64,000 bases of DNA from Methanothrix harundinacea (GCA_002502785.1 DAQG01000046.1:4018-68017); one strand, 5' to 3'. Shown: positions 18,444-28,394, counted from the stretch's first letter. Translations and numbers: made by a program. The notes: generated from the sequence alone by a model not told the origin.

Positions 18444-21108
18444 TGGGAAGCGAAAAGTAGACTGTTGTGCCGTTATCCGACTCAATCCATATTCGACCGC
18501 CTTGAACCTCTACGATCCTCTTTACAATTGAAAGACCGACACCGCTCCCCTCGGTTTCGGGGTCCAGCTTGTAGAAGAGATCGAATACCCTTTCTTGTTG
18601 GTCGGCCTCGATCCCGATCCCGTTGTCCCGGACGAAGAAGACGGTCTCGTTGCCGGTTCGTCTCCACCCGATCTCTATCTCGGGATCGATCCCGTTTCTC
18701 ATGTACTTCGCGTTGTTCTCGATCAAGTTCGTCAAAACCTCGAGGATCCTCAGCCGGTCCACCCGGACAACGGGCCAGCTCTCTGGGAGGATGATCTCAA
18801 TTCCCCTCGATCTGATCTCCTCGGAGAAATGGTTCAAGGCCTCCCGGACGATCTCGCCAAAGGAGACGTCTTTTGGTGGGTTCACCACCCTCCCGATCCT
18901 GGAGAGCTCCAGGGTATCTTTCAGGAGGTGATCCATCTTGACGACGGCGTCCTCTATCATCCGGAGGTCTGTCTCAACCTTCTCATGATCGCCTTCATGG
19001 ACGTCTTCTCTGAGGAAGCCGATGAAGCCCTGGACCGTGACCAGGGGAGATCTCAGGTCGTGGGATACGGTGTAGACGAACCGTTCCATCTCGGCGTTCT
19101 TCGCCTCAACCTCATCGATCCTCTTCTCGAGTTCGTCCCTGGTCCTTATCAGGTCCTCTTTGGTACGCGAACGTATAATGGCGCCGCCAATGCTCCCTGC
19201 AGCGGACTGAAGGACTGATATCTCATTTTTGCTCCAAATCCGCTCGTCATGGCAGTCGTCGAAGCCCACAAAGCCCCAGAGCTGTTCTTGCGCCATTATG
19301 GGCACTATCAGAATGGAGACGATCCCCTGGGGCTCCAGTATCGCCCTCTCCGATTCGGGGAAGTCTTTGACCAGACCTTTGTATGGCCTACCTCTTGAGA
19401 TGTTATCATAAAGCCTGGCAGAGTCGGGATGGTAAGGGAGGTTTTGAAGCAGAGGATTGTTTATCTGCGGCTCTACCCCTTCTCCAGCCCATTCGTAACG
19501 TTGGCTCATGAAAACTTCGCCGGCATCATTGTGGTTCTCAAATATGTAGGCCCTGTCGGCCCCGATCGCTTCGGCCAGAAACTGCAGGGCATCGATCATG
19601 ACGCCGTCCAAATCTTCCCCGACCAAAAGGGCGTTGGAGGCGACGGCCGATGCTGTGAGGAGCAGATCCTTTTTCTGAAGTTGGATCTCGTTCCGTCTCC
19701 GCTCTGTGATGTCTCTTGCGATTCCGCATATACCGACTATCTGGCCGAATTCGTCTCTCAAGGGTACCTTGACTGTGTGGAAGGTGGCCAAAACGCCGCC
19801 TACTGGCTCGGTATGCACTTCGCTGACGTCCATGTTGCCGGACAGTACCCTCTCGTCGGCCTCCCGGATTTGAACCGCAGTTTCAGGGCCGAAGAGATCC
19901 CCGTCCTTTTTACCTAGAATCTCCGAGGCGGATATTTTAAAGAGCTTTTCCATCGCAGGATTGGCTTGAACGTACCTCAAATCTCGGTCTTTGATGAATA
20001 TGCAGTCCTGGACGGTCTCAAAGATTGTCCTGAACCTCTCTTCGCTCATCTTCAACTTCCGGTTGTAAGCGTCGAGATGGTCCAGCATCTCGTTGATCGA
20101 TTCCACCAGGATCGCCAGCTCCGCCCGCCCCACCCTGGAAACTCGAACCCCCTGGGGATCCTTCGTCCTTCTGATCGCCTCTACGGAGCTGGTGATGGCC
20201 GTCAAAGGGTCGAGGAGGGACCGCTCCAGGAAGAACAGGATTACGCCCCCGAAGACAAGGCTGGTCATGACGATCGACAGAGCAAGATCGTGGATGATCT
20301 CCATGCCGCGATGGTAGATCTCCCTCGTTAGCCGATCTTCCAGGAGGATAGAGGGAGCCCCATATAAGTCCTCGATGACCTTGGAGGCGATGATGGTATC
20401 CTCATCCACCATCTCGATCTGAAGGGAAGAATCTGGCGAGGTGAGATTTATCGTCTCTCGGGTCGGGGAGATGGTCTCCATCTTCAGGTCGAGGCCGCTC
20501 AGCCTGCCCAGCTCGTCGACCCTCGCCTCATCCAAATGACGGCCGACGATGAGGGTTCCAGTGATGGGAGTCTCAGAGATCGGATCCATCCACTGGCTTT
20601 TTGTGATGGGATGGGAGCTGACCATCAAAAACCCCTCCGGATCGGCGATTATGCCGGTTATGGCATCTTCTGGCGAGGAATGGGCGAGAAGGAGGTCGTC
20701 CCTCGCTAGGTTCAGAAGGCAATTTGGGGCTGCAACCACCTCTCCGGTGGTCGGATCGAAGGCCCTGGAGTAAAATAAGTCTCCGGTGCCGTCGTAAAAT
20801 ATCATAAAATCGGTGCCGAGGTTGGAGAGGGTCCAGTTGTCTAGGTTATTCTGGACGTAATCCTCATTTTCGCCCATCACGAAATCTTGCGTATCATCCC
20901 AGGGGGCCCAGTCCCCCCCTACCCTCTTCAGGGATGATAGATTCTCCTGGAGGTAGAATAGGGTGTTATCGACCCTCTGGCAGGTGTACGCCTCCTCCAG
21001 ATCCGAGAGGGCGCCTGCCATCAGCTGCCACATAAAGGCGCTGGCGATCAGGCCCATGATGAGGATCACCGCAGCGATGAAGGCCAATATGCTTTTGCGT
21101 AGTGTCAT
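18430..21108 (-). CDS. Sensor histidine kinase (TM - CHASE4-like periplasmic domain - TM/HAMP - PAS - GAF - HisKA - HATPase_c)
   Basis: N-terminal TM then the WAPWDDTQDF...MIFYD...FLMVSSHPI pattern (CHASE4-like). PAS domain (EERFRTIFETVQDCIFIKD...GICGIARDITERRRNE), GAF domain (ADRAYIFENH...LWGFVGFDD), H-box (VSHDLRSPL) and N/G boxes (LIENNAKY, DNGIGI, GSGVGL). Confidence 0.85.
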   Translation of the reverse strand: MTLRKSILAFIAAVILIMGLIASAFMWQLMAGALSDLEEAYTCQRVDNTLFYLQENLSSLKRVGGDWAPWDDTQDFVMGENEDYVQNNLDNWTLSNLGTDFMIFYDGTGDLFYSRAFDPTTGEVVAAPNCLLNLARDDLLLAHSSPEDAITGIIADPEGFLMVSSHPITKSQWMDPISETPITGTLIVGRHLDEARVDELGRLSGLDLKMETISPTRETINLTSPDSSLQIEMVDEDTIIASKVIEDLYGAPSILLEDRLTREIYHRGMEIIHDLALSIVMTSLVFGGVILFFLERSLLDPLTAITSSVEAIRRTKDPQGVRVSRVGRAELAILVESINEMLDHLDAYNRKLKMSEERFRTIFETVQDCIFIKDRDLRYVQANPAMEKLFKISASEILGKKDGDLFGPETAVQIREADERVLSGNMDVSEVHTEPVGGVLATFHTVKVPLRDEFGQIVGICGIARDITERRRNEIQLQKKDLLLTASAVASNALLVGEDLDGVMIDALQFLAEAIGADRAYIFENHNDAGEVFMSQRYEWAGEGVEPQINNPLLQNLPYHPDSARLYDNISRGRPYKGLVKDFPESERAILEPQGIVSILIVPIMAQEQLWGFVGFDDCHDERIWSKNEISVLQSAAGSIGGAIIRSRTKEDLIRTRDELEKRIDEVEAKNAEMERFVYTVSHDLRSPLVTVQGFIGFLREDVHEGDHEKVETDLRMIEDAVVKMDHLLKDTLELSRIGRVVNPPKDVSFGEIVREALNHFSEEIRSRGIEIILPESWPVVRVDRLRILEVLTNLIENNAKYMRNGIDPEIEIGWRRTGNETVFFVRDNGIGIEADQQERVFDLFYKLDPETEGSGVGLSIVKRIVEVQGGRIWIESDNGTTVYFSLPTTEA

Positions 21109-21141
21109 GATGACAGCTTCGGGTTCGTCTCCCTCTGGGGG

Positions 21142-21614
21142 TCATCTGGCCTGGGGTACAGGTATCCGGTCAAGCCAGTATCTTTTAATCTCCTCAACTG
21201 TCTTTTTGAGATCGTCGAAGCTGAGGGGCTTTATAAGGTAGCTGTTGACGTTGTTGGAATAGGCTTTCTTGAGATCGCTGTCGCTGGTGGAGGTCGTGAG
21301 GATAACTACCGGTATTATCCTGAGACTTTTGGATCTCTTAATCTCCCGGAGGACCTCGTGTCCATCGAGCCTGGGAAGCCGAAGGTCGAGCATCACCAGT
21401 TTTGGCATGATTCCATCCCCCATGATCTCGTGCTCGAGGAGGTGTAGTCGAGCGCCGTTCTTCCGTCCTTTACCCAGTCGATCTTGCCGGAAAATCCTAG
21501 GCGTTCAAAGGTTCTCATTATCAGCATGGTGTGGGCGTTGTTATCCTCTACGAGCAATATGAGAAACGGTTCGTCCGCTGTTGAGATGTCTTCAGATCTG
21601 TGGTCTTCATTCAT
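21142..21614 (-). pseudogene. CheY-like response regulator receiver gene split by a single-nucleotide frameshift
   Basis: ORF 21393-21614 encodes the first half (PFLILLVEDNNAHTMLIMRTFERLG...VKDGRTALDY). ORF 21142-21423 encodes the second half in another frame (PKLVMLDLRLPRLDGHEVLREIK...VVILTTS...NSYLIKP). The second frame read upstream gives LLEHEIMGDG, directly continuing a normal receiver. The shift lies near 21425-21450. Confidence 0.65.
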
Positions 21615-22211
21615 ATCTTCTTAATCCTGTTCTTCGATCAGATCTTCGTAATCTGCAAATTAAAGGCCGAAACATTACGTCGCAAATGATCCCTTACTGC
21701 AATATGAATCTTCGTTCTGCCACCTCTCTTTTTTCCCTATGTCCCAATGGAGCTAACCCTTGAGGCGATATGGTTATCCCTCCCTTGCAGATGGGAACTT
21801 GCATATGTCTGTTTCGCCTTATTCGGCGTGTCTTTTCGTCGTCAGAGAGTTCTGATTTTTTGGCTGCGAGGTAGCAGTGCCATCGCTGTCTTTCTCGTAG
21901 CTTCGGCTATGGCGACGATAACCTCGTCCGTCTCACTATCGAGCTCTGTGGCCAGCCTCACGAAGTTGGCTAGGGTGGAGGTCCTAGTACGCGGGAATTA
22001 TGACGTGAACCAGACTGCGCCGCGAGACTGAGACGACAAGGATGCCTCTGTTCTCGGAGCTGAGCGAGCCGATGGGTGGCGTGGGGCAGCCAAAGGACCA
22101 GAGGATGGGCTCATGAGACGTTTGTGATCCGTTTTGTATCATGAAACACTATTTCGTGATTCACAAATGCCGGAGATATAGATTTCCTTATTCCGTCCGT
22201 TAATCGCTTTC

Positions 22212-22967
22212 TCACTTCACTGCATAGCGGATCGCCTCTTTCGGGCAGACATCCACACAGCAGCCACATAGTATGCATTCAGCGTTTTCCATACGCTCTT
22301 GCCGGACCATATCGTTTACATCGAGCCCCATCGGGCAGCTTGTTGAGCATTTCCTGCAGTCGGCGCATCGATCCACATCAGCCGAAAGGTGAAGTGCCGG
22401 CCAGCCGATGAGGTTTCGGATTCTTCTGCCGGTGATCATGATCACCGCGATCGGGCAGAAATAATGACAGAAGCCGCGTTTTCCGGCCAATATGGCGAAT
22501 GTGGTTATAAAAGCGATTTGGGCATAGAATATGGTGTATGCTCCCTCTTTTGCGATTGAGATGCCATGCTCGGTGTAATAAAATGGATCGATGGTTGCCA
22601 GTCCTCCGGCAGAGCGAATTGCGGAAATGATGGACGCAAAAATCGCAAGAAAGGAGAGATATTTGAGCCAGTTCAGCTTCCCGATTTTAACCTTTTTATT
22701 ATTTATTTGAAAATAAATCTCCTGCAGGCCCCCTGCCGGACAGATCCACCCGCACCAGATCCGCCCAAAAAACAGCGAGCTGATGAAGATGAGGACGAAG
22801 ACTATCAGGCCGCCGGTGACGATCCCTTCTGATGCGCCCTGGGCAATTATCGGACAGGATATGTAGACAAAGGTGACCGGCAACAGTACGAAGGAGAAAG
22901 TGATCAGTGTCTTCCTGAGCCGCTGTCTGTCTTTTATGAAGCTTTTCATATAGAAAACCGTCCGCAT
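22212..22967 (-). CDS. Membrane-bound 4Fe-4S binding protein (NapH/MauN-like polyferredoxin family)
   Basis: Carries the hallmark GRIWCGWICPAGGLQE, several TM segments, FCHYFCP, and two C-terminal ferredoxin motifs CADCRKCSTSCP and CILCGCCVDVCP. GC content is lower than in the flanks. Confidence 0.65.
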   Translation of the reverse strand: MRTVFYMKSFIKDRQRLRKTLITFSFVLLPVTFVYISCPIIAQGASEGIVTGGLIVFVLIFISSLFFGRIWCGWICPAGGLQEIYFQINNKKVKIGKLNWLKYLSFLAIFASIISAIRSAGGLATIDPFYYTEHGISIAKEGAYTIFYAQIAFITTFAILAGKRGFCHYFCPIAVIMITGRRIRNLIGWPALHLSADVDRCADCRKCSTSCPMGLDVNDMVRQERMENAECILCGCCVDVCPKEAIRYAVK

Positions 22968-23400
22968 TTATGGTATTTTAGGGTTACTCCAATTGGAGCA
23001 ATCGGATCTTGCCGATCTTCAAGTCGGAGTGCCGGTGCTGCCTCTGACCCCGCGAGTTGTTCGGCACCCACCACCCGAGCATCTCGAGATGAGCTTGATT
23101 CTAACTTTCAGCAGGGCGAGCTTCGATCCAGAGTTGTTATCTTAGTGATAGTTTCAAAGCTGGATTATGTGTGAGTTTTAATTAATTTTACCTTCAATTC
23201 CTTCTCCAATGATGATAAACACGATGTAGATGAAAATGTAACGCTTCTTGAATATTTTGTTAGCTTTCTTATGAAATGGCGTTCGATAGTGGGAAATGAC
23301 AACCGCAAAACGATACAACTATATAACAACCAAATCAATAATGACATTAGGATATAAAAATCATCTGACTGAGATATGCTGGAGAAAAGGAGGAGAAAAG

Positions 23401-24108
23401 ATGAAAGTCGAGGAGTTGAGTCGATATGGAAAGCCCTTGAGGATGCCGAAAGAAGCGGTGAAGAAACAGGATAAAATTGTCATGGGCATTTTGAAGAATG
23501 AATTTGGCACGCTGGGGATCGTACCGTTCTTCGTCACCCTGCTTAACGAGCGAAGAAAGATCCAGCGAGAGTTCCCCGATACGATGAAAAAGGTGGACGA
23601 GTTCGGCGAAGATACCAGAACCGAGTTTCTCATGTTCTCATCAATGTTTAGGGTTTTGATCCGACGCATGGGTCGCGAGAAGGCGTATGAGTTTCTCAAG
23701 GATATCATGCAGGCGATAGCGCCGATAAGCATGCCCGCAATCTATCAGCTCGATGAGCTGTTACAATGCGAGGGGGATACCTTCGAGAACTTCAAGAAAT
23801 ACAACATAGCGATGTTTAAGGCCATCCACGAGGAGGGCACATGGGTTAACGACCTCATCGATGATGGGAAGGATAAACTGACCATCCGGGTGACATCCTG
23901 TGCCAATGTGGATCTATTTGGTGAGATTGGCTACCCGGAACTCTCAAAACTCGGTTGTGATCACGACCTCGCCGGGTATCCATTAATTGAAGAAAATGTG
24001 GACTGTGATTTCAGACGGCTATGCACCATTGCGAAAGGAGACGATTTCTGTCTCTTTGAGTTCTATCGCAGGGGAACTGCACCCGATAATGCGCATTTGA
24101 ATAGATGA
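23401..24108 (+). CDS. Hypothetical protein, possibly L-2-amino-thiazoline-4-carboxylate (ATC) hydrolase-like family
   Basis: Start chosen at the ATG preceded by AGGAGGAGAAAAG. The C-terminal pattern GCDHDLAGYPL...CTIAKGDDFCLFEFYR resembles the ATC_hydrolase family from memory only. Confidence 0.4.
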   Translation: MKVEELSRYGKPLRMPKEAVKKQDKIVMGILKNEFGTLGIVPFFVTLLNERRKIQREFPDTMKKVDEFGEDTRTEFLMFSSMFRVLIRRMGREKAYEFLKDIMQAIAPISMPAIYQLDELLQCEGDTFENFKKYNIAMFKAIHEEGTWVNDLIDDGKDKLTIRVTSCANVDLFGEIGYPELSKLGCDHDLAGYPLIEENVDCDFRRLCTIAKGDDFCLFEFYRRGTAPDNAHLNR

Positions 24109-24183
24109 TCAAACTTCCGGTGGCGCAAGTTTTGTACCTGATCGGCTTTATCGAGTCGATACCTTCAAAGATGAGTAAAAGAG

Positions 24184-24279
24184 CGCCGAGGGGGAGATTC
24201 GAACTCCCGCGACCCTTGCGAATCACAAGCTTTCAGTACAGAATTCCAGGCTTGCGCCTTACCACTAGACTACCTCGGC
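24184..24279 (-). tRNA. tRNA-Ser (anticodon GGA), class II with long variable arm and a ~12-nt insertion in the anticodon arm (intron)
   Basis: Hand fold: acceptor GCCGAGG/CCTCGGC, 3-bp D stem, anticodon stem CAAGC/GCTTG enclosing CTGGAA+TTCTGTACTGAA+A, variable arm GATTC-GCAA-GGGTC, T arm GGGAG-TTCGAAT-CTCCC and discriminator G. Confidence 0.7.
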
Positions 24280-24283
24280 ACGA

Positions 24284-25282
24284 TTACGATTTTTTGGCCC
24301 ACAGCCTCGGATATGTCCCCGGAGCCATGACGACCCTGGAGGTCTTGGCCACGATCCCTGAGGAGGACTTCATCATATCCTCGCTCGCCATGACTGCGAC
24401 GGTCACGGCAACAGCCTCTCTTTTCAGGGTATAAATAACTACCTTATCGCCCTCCTTGATATCCGACTCAAGCCGGAGGAGCCCCGGCGCCGCCAGGGGC
24501 GCCCCGTGACAGATGGCGTCGACTGCGCCATCGCTGACGACGAGGGACGGCATATGCCTTAACGCCTCCTCCACCGGCAGGATAGCGCGCCGCAAGAGGG
24601 TTTCGTCGCCGGTCTCTTTCCAAATCTCCTTTGCGTCCTTGAGGTCGTGGAGGGTTACCAGAGTATCGTCTTCGCGAAAGGGACCGCTCTTCGTCCTTCG
24701 AAGCTCCTCCATGTGGGCCCCGGTCCCCAGGGCTAGGCCGATATCGTGGCAGAGCTTTCGGATGTAGGTTCCCGCCTCGCAGCCGACCCGCATCAAGACG
24801 CTCGGACCTTCGATCTCCAGAACCTCAAGATAATAGATCTCTCTCGTCCTGAGCGCTCTCTTGACGCTGGACTTGAGGGGAGGCCGCTGGTAGATTTCGC
24901 CCTGGAACTCGCCGCACGCCTCAAGAATTCTCTTTCGGGGTAGGGTTGCGTGAATTCGCATCAGGCAGACGTACTCTTTTCCCGCGGTGAGAAGGGTCTC
25001 GACGACCCTCGTCGAGTCGCCTAGCATTGTAGGGAGAATCCCCGTCACCTTGGGGTCGAGGGTGCCGCTATGGCCAGCGCTCTCGATCTCGAGGATCCTC
25101 TTGACCCAGGCCACTACCTCGTGGCTGGTGGGGCCTGGGGGCTTGTCCAGGTTTATGCAGCCGAGCCTGAGGTGGAGGTCGAGAGGCCGCAGGTTTGGCA
25201 AAACGCCATAGTTGGGGTCGGTTCTGCCCTCCCTCCGGACTAGAACCTCACGGACCCGATCAGAGGGTAGATTTCCCGCCAT
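24284..25282 (-). CDS. cbf5: H/ACA RNP pseudouridine synthase Cbf5 (TruB family with PUA domain)
   Basis: INLDKPPGPTSHEVV, HSGTLDPKVTGILP, QRPPLKSSV, TYIRKLCHDIG and a C-terminal PUA-like region. Confidence 0.9.
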   Translation of the reverse strand: MAGNLPSDRVREVLVRREGRTDPNYGVLPNLRPLDLHLRLGCINLDKPPGPTSHEVVAWVKRILEIESAGHSGTLDPKVTGILPTMLGDSTRVVETLLTAGKEYVCLMRIHATLPRKRILEACGEFQGEIYQRPPLKSSVKRALRTREIYYLEVLEIEGPSVLMRVGCEAGTYIRKLCHDIGLALGTGAHMEELRRTKSGPFREDDTLVTLHDLKDAKEIWKETGDETLLRRAILPVEEALRHMPSLVVSDGAVDAICHGAPLAAPGLLRLESDIKEGDKVVIYTLKREAVAVTVAVMASEDMMKSSSGIVAKTSRVVMAPGTYPRLWAKKS

Positions 25283-25799
25283 CTTCGAGAGACCTCACTG
25301 CAGCCAAGGCGATCGCGACAACTCCCTTCTCGTCCCATGTACCGGAGTCTATGACGAGGTCGTAGACGGAGAAGTCGTTCAAGTCTATGTTGTAGTACTT
25401 CTCGTACCGTCTCGCCTCGCTCTCCTCCCGGATCCTAGACTCCCGGAGGGCGTCCTCCACGAGCTTGTTCTCGCGGGCCGCTATCCTCTCGGCCCGAACC
25501 CTCCGGTCGGCCTTGAGGAGGATCTTCAGGTCAGCGTCGAGGATGTGGCCCGAGAGCCTCCCCTCGAAGACGCCTCCGGCATCTTTTGCCATCGCCTTCT
25601 GGGCGTCGTCTATGAGATAATCGATCTCGGGACTTTCCTCGGCGATCCGCCCAAGCTCCCTCAAGGAGATGCCTCGATCGCTGGCGATCTTTCTGAACAG
25701 CTCCCCAGAGTTGATCCAGCGAAGATCGAGCTCTTTGGAGAGCATTCGGGCGAGGGTGCTTGTCCCCGTTCCGGGAGACCCGCCGATTGTGATTATCAT
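25260..25799 (-). CDS. cmk: Cytidylate kinase (archaeal type)
   Basis: MIITIGGSPGTGTSTLARMLS P-loop and the conserved position after secY/DUF106. Confidence 0.85.
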   Translation of the reverse strand: MIITIGGSPGTGTSTLARMLSKELDLRWINSGELFRKIASDRGISLRELGRIAEESPEIDYLIDDAQKAMAKDAGGVFEGRLSGHILDADLKILLKADRRVRAERIAARENKLVEDALRESRIREESEARRYEKYYNIDLNDFSVYDLVIDSGTWDEKGVVAIALAAVRSLEDGGKSTL

Positions 25800-26404
25800 C
25801 CCATACCGCCGATGTCCAGAGCTTTTCTTATGATCTGCGATATCGGTATTGAGCAGATGAAGTACCAGTAGAACCAGTAGAATATGGGGCCTATGACGGT
25901 CTCAGAGATTTCGTGAACCCCCCAGAAGGGGAAGTTCAGGTAAAGGGCGTTCTGGTCGATGTAGAGGTAGGCCCACATGAAGAGGGGTATCGAGACGATC
26001 CCGATGTAGGCCATCGGCTTCAGCTGCATCTTCATCATCTTGCTCTGATCGCCCAGCATCTCCCTCTGCTGGTTCTGAAGCTGTTGCTGGCGAGCCTTGT
26101 CCCCGGAGAGCTGAGCCTCGCGCATCTCCCGCTGGAAGCCCCTCATGGTCTCTTGCTGCTTTTTGAGGTAATCCCAGTCCATGGTGTACTTCTGGATGAG
26201 GCTCGCGTAAAGGCCGGTTATGGCGGCGAGGGCGAAGAGGACCATGTGGAAGGGGAGGATATCGGGCAGCCACCCGATAGCCGCATCCATCACCACTCCC
26301 ACAGTGTGTCTGAACTCCTGGCTCACCATTATCCCCACCATCAGGGCGGTTCCGACGCCCAGAAGGAGAGAGTCAAGGGACCTTGCAAGATTCCCAGTCT
26401 TCAT
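25796..26404 (-). CDS. DUF106 membrane protein (EMC3/TMCO1-like, archaeal Oxa1/YidC-superfamily member)
   Basis: Three TM segments with a coiled-coil loop (QQETMRGFQREMREAQLSGDKARQQQLQNQQREM). It sits in the conserved slot between secY and cmk. Confidence 0.7.
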   Translation of the reverse strand: MKTGNLARSLDSLLLGVGTALMVGIMVSQEFRHTVGVVMDAAIGWLPDILPFHMVLFALAAITGLYASLIQKYTMDWDYLKKQQETMRGFQREMREAQLSGDKARQQQLQNQQREMLGDQSKMMKMQLKPMAYIGIVSIPLFMWAYLYIDQNALYLNFPFWGVHEISETVIGPIFYWFYWYFICSIPISQIIRKALDIGGMG

Positions 26405-28020
26405 GCCGATTCACCGAAGAACTTGCGCATCATCGGATACATCTCCTGGATCTGCTCGCTGGCGATCTGCTCGTAGAGCCTGTAGACGATGCTCACCGTG
26501 AGAAGAAGACCGGTACCTCCAGCGCCTCCCAGGGTTCCCATGAGGCTTGCGACTAGAGTGAGAAGGCCGATAATGACGCCGCCGATCACCGTCACCTTGG
26601 GGATGTACCTCCCGAGGAGCTTCTCGATGCTGACGGGATTTCTCCTGTGGCCCGGAACCTGGAGTCCTGAGGCGTGGATCTTGGCAGCAACGCTCTTTGC
26701 CCCCATTCCGGTGGTCTCGATCCAGAACATGGCGAAGATCACGCCGCCCACTATCAGAACGGTAGCGTCGGTGAAGACATGGAGCCATATCTGCCAGCCC
26801 GCTATAGGCGAAATGCCGAGAAGCTCCATTCCAGGGTTGCTGTTGGAGACGAGGCTCGGTATCCAGTCGTAAGGGCTGTTGATCGGCGAGAGGTAGTACA
26901 TGAGGCCCGATATCGGCTGAGGCGATGTCGCGCTCACTAGCTCTCCTGTCACCATGTCGTACCTTGAGGTCGATGTAAAGGTTCCAATGAGGCTGGAATA
27001 GGCCGTGTAAACTATGTTAAGTCCAGCGGTCGTATCGGTGGTGCTGGCCGTTGTGATCGTTCCGATCTTGCCAGCGAGGAGGGTTCCGATCATCTGGATG
27101 TTGGCTTGAAGGGCTCTCACCAGGATCATGGGAAGAACGCTGGCGTAGACGAGCTTGACCGGGAACCTGCCTCTTGCGCCTCTGACAGAGCTGTGGGCGA
27201 GGGGTATCTCAACCCTCGTGCTCTCCACCAGGACTACGAAGAGTATGATCGCTATGGTGGATATAAGCGCCAGGACCCCGCCGTCTATGAAGACCCGTTC
27301 AAGGCCGGAGGTCGTGAAGACGTCCTCGAGGCCCAGAACGTTGTTTGTGAATATGTAGATCCATTTCGGGATTATCCCTATGGGCAGACCTTTGTCCCCG
27401 ATCGTCCAGTTGAAGACTCCCGTGATCAGCTGCTGGCTGACTCCGGCGACGATGAAGAGCCCAACGCCGGACCCGACACCCCATTTGCTCACCACTTCGT
27501 CCATGAAGAGTATGAGAACTCCACCGATGCAGATCTGGAGGAATATTATAAACGAGATCACGCCGAGGGATACGCCCATCGACGAGGCCAGTCCCTGATC
27601 CGGCAAGAGGTAGCCGCCCATCACCTGAGGCAGGGCCTCCACGATTATCATGACGAAGACCAGAAGCTTCTGAGTTCCCTGGAAGACCGCCTGGTCACGC
27701 GGATCTCTCAGGTCGAGCTTTATCAGATCGGCCCCGACAAGTAGCTGGAGCACGATGGAAGCGGTGACTATCGGTCCTATTCCCAGGAGCATCAGGGATC
27801 CGAAGGATCCGGCGAAGAAGGCTCTGTACATCCCGAAGAGGTCTCTGGATGCTGAAGAGAGGCCGAAGAGGGTGACGTTGGATAGGGCGAAGTAGAGGAC
27901 GAGTATGCCAACGGTCCAGCTGAGCTTCTTCTTGAAGTGGACGTGACCTTCGGGCCTCCCCACCGCTGGCAGCCTCCTCACAAAAGGCTCTATCGCGTAG
28001 AAGAAGCTGTGCTGATTCAT
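26401..28020 (-). CDS. secY: Preprotein translocase subunit SecY (unusually long, with Thr/Ser-rich insertion)
   Basis: 10-TM SecY pattern ([51 protein letters not shown]) and position after rpl15. Confidence 0.9.
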   Translation of the reverse strand: MNQHSFFYAIEPFVRRLPAVGRPEGHVHFKKKLSWTVGILVLYFALSNVTLFGLSSASRDLFGMYRAFFAGSFGSLMLLGIGPIVTASIVLQLLVGADLIKLDLRDPRDQAVFQGTQKLLVFVMIIVEALPQVMGGYLLPDQGLASSMGVSLGVISFIIFLQICIGGVLILFMDEVVSKWGVGSGVGLFIVAGVSQQLITGVFNWTIGDKGLPIGIIPKWIYIFTNNVLGLEDVFTTSGLERVFIDGGVLALISTIAIILFVVLVESTRVEIPLAHSSVRGARGRFPVKLVYASVLPMILVRALQANIQMIGTLLAGKIGTITTASTTDTTAGLNIVYTAYSSLIGTFTSTSRYDMVTGELVSATSPQPISGLMYYLSPINSPYDWIPSLVSNSNPGMELLGISPIAGWQIWLHVFTDATVLIVGGVIFAMFWIETTGMGAKSVAAKIHASGLQVPGHRRNPVSIEKLLGRYIPKVTVIGGVIIGLLTLVASLMGTLGGAGGTGLLLTVSIVYRLYEQIASEQIQEMYPMMRKFFGESA

Positions 28021-28394
28021 GATACCACTACTTCACCGCCGGCCTCTTCGATCTTCTCTCTGGCGGCAGCGGAGAAGCTGGCTGCACTGACGGAAACGGG
28101 CCTCGTCAGCTTGCCCCTGCCGAGGACTTTCATCCTCCCGAGATCGATTCGGCCGTCCTCTACAGTCATCGCATCCAGTTCGCCGACGTTGACAACGTCG
28201 ACTTCCTTGGCGTTGTGCTTGTAAAACCCGTGCTTGCCCATCGCCCGGCCTCGCATCATCACTCTTTGGAAATGATGCTTGCACCCTCCCGCATTACCGT
28301 GACCGCCTCTCGACCCCGCGCCTCTGCGGTTTTTATGAGTGCCGCCACCACAGGTCCTGCTACCCCGAAACTTCTTCAGCTTGTTTTTAGGCAT
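28017..28394 (-). CDS. rpl15: 50S ribosomal protein uL15
   Basis: [29 protein letters not shown]. Confidence 0.9.
   Translation of the reverse strand: MPKNKLKKFRGSRTCGGGTHKNRRGAGSRGGHGNAGGCKHHFQRVMMRGRAMGKHGFYKHNAKEVDVVNVGELDAMTVEDGRIDLGRMKVLGRGKLTRPVSVSAASFSAAAREKIEEAGGEVVVS

Noticed and set aside
21840-22130. Broken minus-strand reading frames (...GILVVSVSRRSLVHVIIPAY* then ...TLANFVRLATELDSETDEVIVAIAEATRKTAMALLPRSQKIRTL*) that might be a decayed gene.
   Set aside because: I recognise no family. The fragments are short and lack start codons, so they cannot be distinguished from chance ORFs without a database search.
16650-24183. An integrative element at tRNA-Ser.
   Set aside because: No integrase or transposase ORF is present and I found no repeat of the tRNA 3' end. 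It is kept only as a low-confidence compositional observation in the findings.
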